Shown: positions 58,471 through 64,000 of the stretch, piece after piece
Position numbering within the stretch: the first letter of the stretch is position 1
How the letters are laid out: each line of letters opens with the position of its first letter
Origin: the human T2T-CHM13v2.0 reference genome, Homo sapiens
DNA: 64,000 nucleotides
Strand: one strand, 5' to 3'
Assembly (NCBI RefSeq): GCF_009914755.1
Contig: NC_060936.1
Notes under the pieces: model-generated
The model's database searches: none
The model's input: the letters and a program-made list of their open reading frames with translations, nothing else
What the model was told of the DNA's origin: nothing
Position numbers and translations under genes: made by a program

Positions 58471-60248
58471 CTCACTTACGAATTTCTAGAAAATAAGATG
58501 TTATGAACTACAGTTTACATTAACTGGCTCTCACTACACATTCAGAGATTCGCAAAAGCGCTAGTTAACAACAGAAGAAAACAGCAGCTAACATGTCCTG
58601 GGGAAAATATACGGTCTTCCTAAAAATTGGTGAATTCTACTTCACCTGAAAAGAAATAAATAAGAAAAAGGAAAGACACAAACAAAACAAAATAAACAAG
58701 CAAACAAACATGGGCCAATGCATCGTCTCTGGAAATCTTAAATGAGCAAAACGCGTTTTAGAAAGTGTTTCTATTTTGGGCAAATACTAATAAGGCCCAG
58801 GGTAGAGCTGTGACACCCTTTCCATTTTGAAAATATGCTAGCCTGAGGGAGGAGAAAATAAAACATCTCGACAAGTTGTTTGAGACCCAGCCAGGATGAA
58901 GCTTTCCTAGGTAGGGAGGCCTGAGGAGGGAAGGGGGAAAAACCCACAACTGCAGTCCGGCCCGCCGGCCGGCTTGCCCACGCGGGTCAAGGGCTATGCC
59001 ATCTGCCCAAGCTGCCTCTGGGGAAGTGGAACCGTGCCGCCCCCATCTTCAAAAACGGTGGCCAATGAGTGATGCCTGGCGACCACCAATGCAAATGTCA
59101 GCCTGGCCAGAATGTGATCGCCGGTGAGGGGTAGGGGAAGGGGAGAGAAGACGGAGACATGCAAGAGTGGTTCTGGAACGTTTCCAAGCAGGATGCTGGG
59201 AGGCGGGGGGGTTGGGGGAAACCCACCTAACTAACACTAAATTAAGGTAAAGGGGCATGGGGGGCCGGGGGGAGACTTAAAGTGACTCCACATAAAGCCA
59301 AAGTGGAAGAGCCTATGCGCATTAAAGAAACCAACACACGAAGAAAAATAAAGTGCTGGTAAAAGAACAATAGGGGCCCCGCCAAGGCTGAGGTTCCCTA
59401 AGCAACGAGGGAGAGAGGGAGGGGCCTCCAGGAGGGAGGGAGAGAAACCAGTTGCCCCAGGCTTTGTAAAGTCGGCCAGACCTCCCTTCGTGCCACTTCG
59501 ACTTTCAATAACAGTGGCCGCTAGGTGACGCCCGAAGACAACCGATGCTTGCAAGTGTGTGCACGGAAAAGAAGCGAACAAAGGATCTCTCTGAGTCCCG
59601 GTGGAGGTTGGGGAGGGGGGCGGCAGAGGCACACCCACTCCCTGACCTCTTGCCCATCCCTCTCAGTCCAGGTCGTTTCTGGGCCCAGGGAGTCCTCCCA
59701 GCCGATGCCCACGACTAGTCGACCAGAGCCTTCAGGGTACACAGCCTACCTTTCTGCTCATGGGATCGTCTGGAACTTCCTTCCCCCCAGAGAGAAAAGA
59801 GGACCACCAGAGCATGGGAGTGCGGACAGAGACTACGTCCCGAGGTGGGACCTATCTAAGGCAGAAGACCAGTCCATAGCGTTTCAGAGTATACTCCAGA
59901 CCCACGACCTCAGAGTGGCAATACCTGTCACAAAGGGAGGAATTCCATGAAATCCACGCTCCCGGACACAGCGTGGATTTCACAGAGAGGACAGCTGGCA
60001 CCACACTCCCTCCTGTTCTGGGGCCAGTTTTCGCTGACGTAGTACCCGTTTCTCAGTCGTGTTCCCCAAAGTCCACCCTGTGGTGAATCAGTCAGGAATC
60101 TAGTTCGGTGAATCCCGAAACATCCACATCCGACCTCTAAGATCGGAGTCCGCACACTACACATCGCTCCACGCAGTGTCTCGCCACAATAACATCACTG
60201 CCGTCCTAGCCTGGTAGCGACACAGTGGCATTTATTAGAAATCACTCT

Positions 60249-60527
60249 ACGGAGTTTCGCTCTTGTTGCCCAGGCTGGAGTGTAGTGGCACTATCTCGGC
60301 TCACTGAAACCTCTGTCCCTCAGGTTCAAGCGAATTTTCTGCCTCAGTCTCCCAAGTACCTGCAATTACAAGCATGTGCCACCACGAACGGTTAATTTTG
60401 TATTTTTAGTAGAGACAGGGTTACTCCATGTGAGTCTGACTGGTCTTAAACTCCTGATCTCAGGTGATCCACCCACCTCGGCCTCCCAAAGTACTGGGAT
60501 TACAGGCATCAGCCACTGCACCCCACC
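60249..60527 (-). mobile_element. Alu (AluSp/Sq-like) lacking its poly(A) tail
   Basis: ACGGAGTTTCGCTCTTGTTGCCCAGGC starts abruptly with no T run; ends AGCCACTGCACCCCACC. Confidence 0.9.
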
Positions 60528-61388
60528 ATGTGTATAGAATTTTATGCCACAATAATGAGCTTTCTTCCTTGGCACCTTCACAATTGGTTTCACTAGGTAA
60601 AATTTTCTTTAACGGTTTATTTTTAAGTGGAGGAGTTTGTCAGGGAAATACGAGAAGTATAGACGCCACAAGTGACGGGGGAAAAGTCTGAAAATGCCCC
60701 TTTCATCCAAATTGAGACCTGGCCTCGACCTCCCCAAATCATACACCGAGTGGGGAAGCCCAGCAAGGCCCGTCTGTCTGGATTCCTCTCGTCCTCTTTA
60801 AGCACGGTGCTCCTTCCTTTCATGGAAGGGGCAGGGCCCTCCCCGGAACGGGGGTCTCAGGACCTACGGTCAAACCAGACACACCCTATGGAACCCAAGC
60901 ATATACACAGACAATTTCCCTGTCATCTCAGGGCCTTCGTTCTGCAGACTCCCGTGAAGACAGGTCCCAGAAACATGTCTGCCTATTCTTTTATTCATCT
61001 GCCTCTGACGAGTTGAGGTTTCAGGTGAAACTTCAGAGGGCCAAAGGCAAAGTGCTCCCTCTGCCCCCACGTGACCTTTTTGTGAGCAGGGAAAATGACG
61101 GTCTCCCCAGGCCAAGGTCACCAGATACCCCGATCCGTTTTTCCCCTCCCAGTGGGATTCTGTACATCCGTCTTGGGGCGACACACAGTCTGCTAGCCAC
61201 CGACAACAGGCGTGGCGATCACACTGTCTAAAAGCGAAGAAGATAGAAAACAAAACTAACTTACTTAACTGAGTAACTAACGGGGAGAGGGGACTCAGGA
61301 AGTCGACCTATAGCAAAAATTACACATCATTCAGAGCATAAGGGCCGCAGTGAAAGGCGGCAGAACACGCGCTTTTAAAGGCTAAAAT

Positions 61389-61686
61389 CTGGGCGGCTCA
61401 CGCCTGTCATGCCAGCAATTTGGGAGGCCCAGGAGAGTGGATCACTTCAAGTCAGGAGTTCGAGACCACCCTGGCCAACATGGCAAAACCCCGTCTCTAC
61501 GAAAAATACAACAATTAGCCGGGAGTGGCTGTGTGCGTCTGTAATCCCAGCTACTGAAGGCTGAAGCAGGAGAATCGCTGGAATCCGGAAGGCAGAGGTT
61601 GCAGTGAGCCGAGACAGCGCCACTGCACCCCAGCCTGGGCAGCAGAGCAAGACACTCAGTCTCCCAAAAAAAAAAAAAAAAAAAAA
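61389..61686 (+). mobile_element. Alu (AluSx/Sz-like), CpG-rich
   Basis: GATCACTTCAAGTCAGGAGTTCGAGACC; A tail 61666-61686; about 11 CpGs. Confidence 0.92.
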
Positions 61687-61894
61687 GACTGAAATACTCC
61701 CCCGCCTTCCTTCCCTTTTCCCCTTCAGAAACTACAGTGGTTTGCAGTTTCTGATCCCTTAAGAGGCAGAAAATATTCCATGGGGCTAACTGTGGCTTTC
61801 TTCCATTGCCGCTGAAAGTCCCCCACAAGGCCGGATAAACCCTGACTCAGGTCGAGGAGGTGGTGTTTGGTTTTATTTCTCTCTCTCTCTCTCT

Positions 61895-62140
61895 CAACTT
61901 TTATTTCTTGTTCAAGCATACATGTGCAAGATTGTTATATAGGTAACTTCTGACTGGGGGTTCAGTGTGCGGATTATTTCATCAACCGGGTACTCAGCGC
62001 AATACCTGACAGTTTTTATCTGAAACTGTCTCTCCTCCCACTCCTCCTCCCTCAAGTAGAGCCCCGTGTCTGTCGTCCCCCTTTCTCCCCAAGTGTTCTC
62101 ATTATTTAGTTCCCACTTATAGATGAGAACACGAGGTATT
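61895..62140 (-). mobile_element. Old L1 3'-end fragment (L1PA13-16-like)
   Basis: CATACATGTGCAAGATTGTTATATAGGTAA..CCCTCAAGTAG.GCCCC.TGTCTGT..CCCACTTATAGATGAGAACA; preceded by (TC)n. Confidence 0.8.
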
Positions 62141-62606
62141 AATTATTTTTGGTTTCATCTTCGGTGATGGTGATAAAAGAGGCATGACCCTAAATCGAGC
62201 CTTAGGACACTCCCCTCCGTCCTCACCCCACACCCCCTCCCCACACACTCCCTCACCCCTGTACCCCCTACTCAAGCTCAACAAAGGAAGAAAGAAAGTA
62301 AAGTAAAAGGTCAGCCTCCAAAGCGGTGGAGGCGGGGAATCTCAAAGGGTGAGCAAGCGGTGGGGGGCGGGGTATGTCCTGGCCAAACTAGCAAAGGTGG
62401 GGGACTGACTTTCTAGCCCCACCCCACCCCCCAGTCGCCAACCGCAGCCAGGCTTCTGGTGGGGTGGTGCCTGCAAAAGCTTCTGAATGGAGAGAGGCCT
62501 GAGGCTATGGAAGTCACCAGCTCTGACTCCAGGAAGGGAACAAAGCTTTGTGCATTTTAGTGGGGCTTTGGAACGCGGTGCTGTGCCTTCCAAAGTGATG
62601 CGCCTC

Positions 62607-62662
62607 GCCTGGCACAGAGCAAGACTCGTTCTAAAAAAAAAAAAAAAAAAAGGAAAAAAAAA
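62607..62662 (+). mobile_element. Alu 3' remnant plus A tail
   Basis: GCCTGGCACAGAGCAAGACTCGTTCT-(A)n. Confidence 0.7.
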
Positions 62663-62698
62663 TAGTAGACTAGTTGTGGTTGTGAATCATTCCCCTGA

Positions 62699-62970
62699 GG
62701 CCAGGCGAAGTGGCTCACGCTCATCATTCCAGCACCTTGAGACGCTGAATCAGGAGGATTGCAACGAAGTGATGAGACTCTAAAAAATTTAAAAGTGATC
62801 TGGGCACAGAGGCGCGTGCCTGTGGTCCAGGTACTACTATGGAGGCTGAGGAGGAAAGATCGCTTGAGCTAAGATGTGTCCAGGCTGCAATGAGTGAGCT
62901 ATGATGACACCACTGCACTCCAGCCAGGGTGACAGAGTGAGACGCTGTCTCTAAATCAATTAATCAAATC
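62699..62970 (+). mobile_element. AluJ-like with left-arm deletion
   Basis: GATCGCTTGAGC..GGCTGCAATGAG..CTATGAT diagnostics. Confidence 0.82.
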
Positions 62971-63021
62971 ACTGAAAGGAGCTCTCTATTTCTTACTTTC
63001 AATGGATGTCTCTTTAGGCCA

Positions 63022-63110
63022 GATGGGCATGGTGGCTCACCCCAGTAATCCCAGCACTTTGGGAATCCAAGGCGGGAGGATTGAAAAAAGAAAGAAAGAA
63101 AAAGAAAAAG
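63022..63110 (+). mobile_element. Alu left-arm fragment plus (GAAA)n
   Basis: GGGCATGGTGGCTCAC..GTAATCCCAGCACTTTGGGA..GGCGGGAGGATTG. Confidence 0.75.
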
Positions 63111-63245
63111 GTGGGGGGAGGCGTATCTCCTTGACTGGTGACTAAAAGTACACAAACCCAAAAGGAAGGAACGTGTGTAGGATTTGGTAAACGGATCCTG
63201 TTTTCTTAAATTACTGTACAGTGTTGTCATCTTAAAGATGAGTGA

Positions 63246-63562
63246 GGCCGGGGGCGGTGGCTCACGCCTGTAATCCGAGAAGTTTGGGAGGCTGAAGCTG
63301 GTGGATCATGAGGCCAGGAGTTCAAGACCAGCCTGACCAAGATGGTGAAACCACGTCTCTACTAAAAATACAAAAATTAGCCAGGCGCGGTGGCAGGAGC
63401 CTGTAATCCCTGCTACTGGAGAGGCTGAGGCAGGAGAATCACTTGAACCCAGGAGGCAGAGATTGCAGTGTGCCAAGATTACGGGACACTGCACTCTAGC
63501 CTGGGGGACAGAGCAAGACTCCGTCTCCAAAAAAATGAATTAAAAACAAACAAACAAAAAAA
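63246..63562 (+). mobile_element. Alu (AluSg-like)
   Basis: Full dimer, GATCATGAGG.CAGGAGTTCAAGACCAGCC; mixed A/(AAAC) tail. Confidence 0.9.
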
Positions 63563-63575
63563 AAAGACTAGTGGG

Positions 63576-63787
63576 CCAGCCTAGCCAACATGGCTAAACC
63601 CTGCTTGTCTCTACTAAAAATGCAAATATCAGCCAGGCCTGGTGGCACACGCTGGGGAAGACCACTCAGGGAAGCCGAGGCATGAGAATCACTTGAGCCT
63701 GGGAGGCGGAGGTAGCAGCCATCCTAATTCGAGCCACCGCACTCCAGCCTGGGTGAAAGAGTGAGAACCTGTCTCAAAAAAAGAAAG
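63576..63787 (+). mobile_element. 5'-truncated Alu
   Basis: Starts CCAGCCTAGCCAACATGG; has the middle linker, right arm and a short A tail. Confidence 0.85.
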
Positions 63788-63791
63788 ATGA

Positions 63792-64000
63792 GGCCGGGCA
63801 CAGTGGCTCACACCTGTAATCCCAGCACTTTCGTAGGCCAAGGCAGGTGGATCACAAGCTCAGGAGTTCAAGACTAGCCTGACTAATATGGTGAAACCCC
63901 GTCTCTACCAAACATACAAAAATTAGCTAGGCTTGGTGGTGTACTCCTGTAGTCCCAGCCGCTTGGGTGGCTGAGGCAGGGGAATCGCTTTAACCCGGGA
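63792..64000 (+). mobile_element. Alu (AluSg-like), runs off the window
   Basis: GGCCGGGCACAGTGGCTCAC.. through GAATCGCTTTAACCCGGGA. Confidence 0.9.

Larger units (their letters stand above)
54447..64000 (-). other. Diverged paralog of the 45S rDNA intergenic spacer (IGS)
   Basis: Several blocks match my recollection of the human IGS in reverse complement: CCTAAGG.TCGATTTAG.GTCATGCCTC (~62180-62205), CTCGACCTCCC.AAATC.TACA (+, 60724-60745), CACCGTTTTTGAAGATGGGGGCGGCACGG (~59032-59060), GGCCACCATTTATGG.ATCAAA..ATAAAAATATGTGT before a pyrimidine tract (~58380-58420), CCCAGATTTGATCTCC.TACAGAAT (~57842-57867) and CCAAGTTCCTCCCTCCCTTGTTGCCTAG (~54506-54533). Not database-verified. Confidence 0.82.

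Noticed and set aside
54447-64000. rRNA genes or the IGS CDC27 pseudogene
   Set aside because: No 18S, 5.8S, 28S or CDC27-like sequence recognised; the spacer copy appears to end before that region.

Overview
Primate (most likely human or great-ape) pericentromeric-type DNA with no intact protein-coding or RNA gene. Bases 1 to ~53,186 are ancient, diverged ~172-bp alpha satellite on the + strand. I saw no CENP-B boxes, and three successive monomer variants ('layers') are distinguishable. The satellite is interrupted by a solo HERV-K(HML-2) LTR5A, a 5'-truncated L1-retrotransposed HERV-W copy (pol-env-U3R-polyA, - strand), a full-length but mutated L1PA3/PA4-type LINE-1 and five Alus. At ~53,186 the satellite fuses abruptly to a broken L1 ORF1 fragment. 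From ~54.4 kb to the end is a diverged, Alu-rich copy of the rDNA intergenic spacer (IGS) on the - strand, recognised from remembered IGS sequence; no rRNA gene lies in the window. I found no new protein system. The best leads are structural: a possible fossil ~6-mer higher-order repeat in 'monomeric' alpha, an in-frame pol-env deletion fusion in HERV-W, an L1 antisense promoter aimed at that HERV-W, an old ~400-bp internal duplication in the IGS copy, and a CpG-decay contrast across the junction. Subfamily calls come from remembered diagnostic positions, not from a search.
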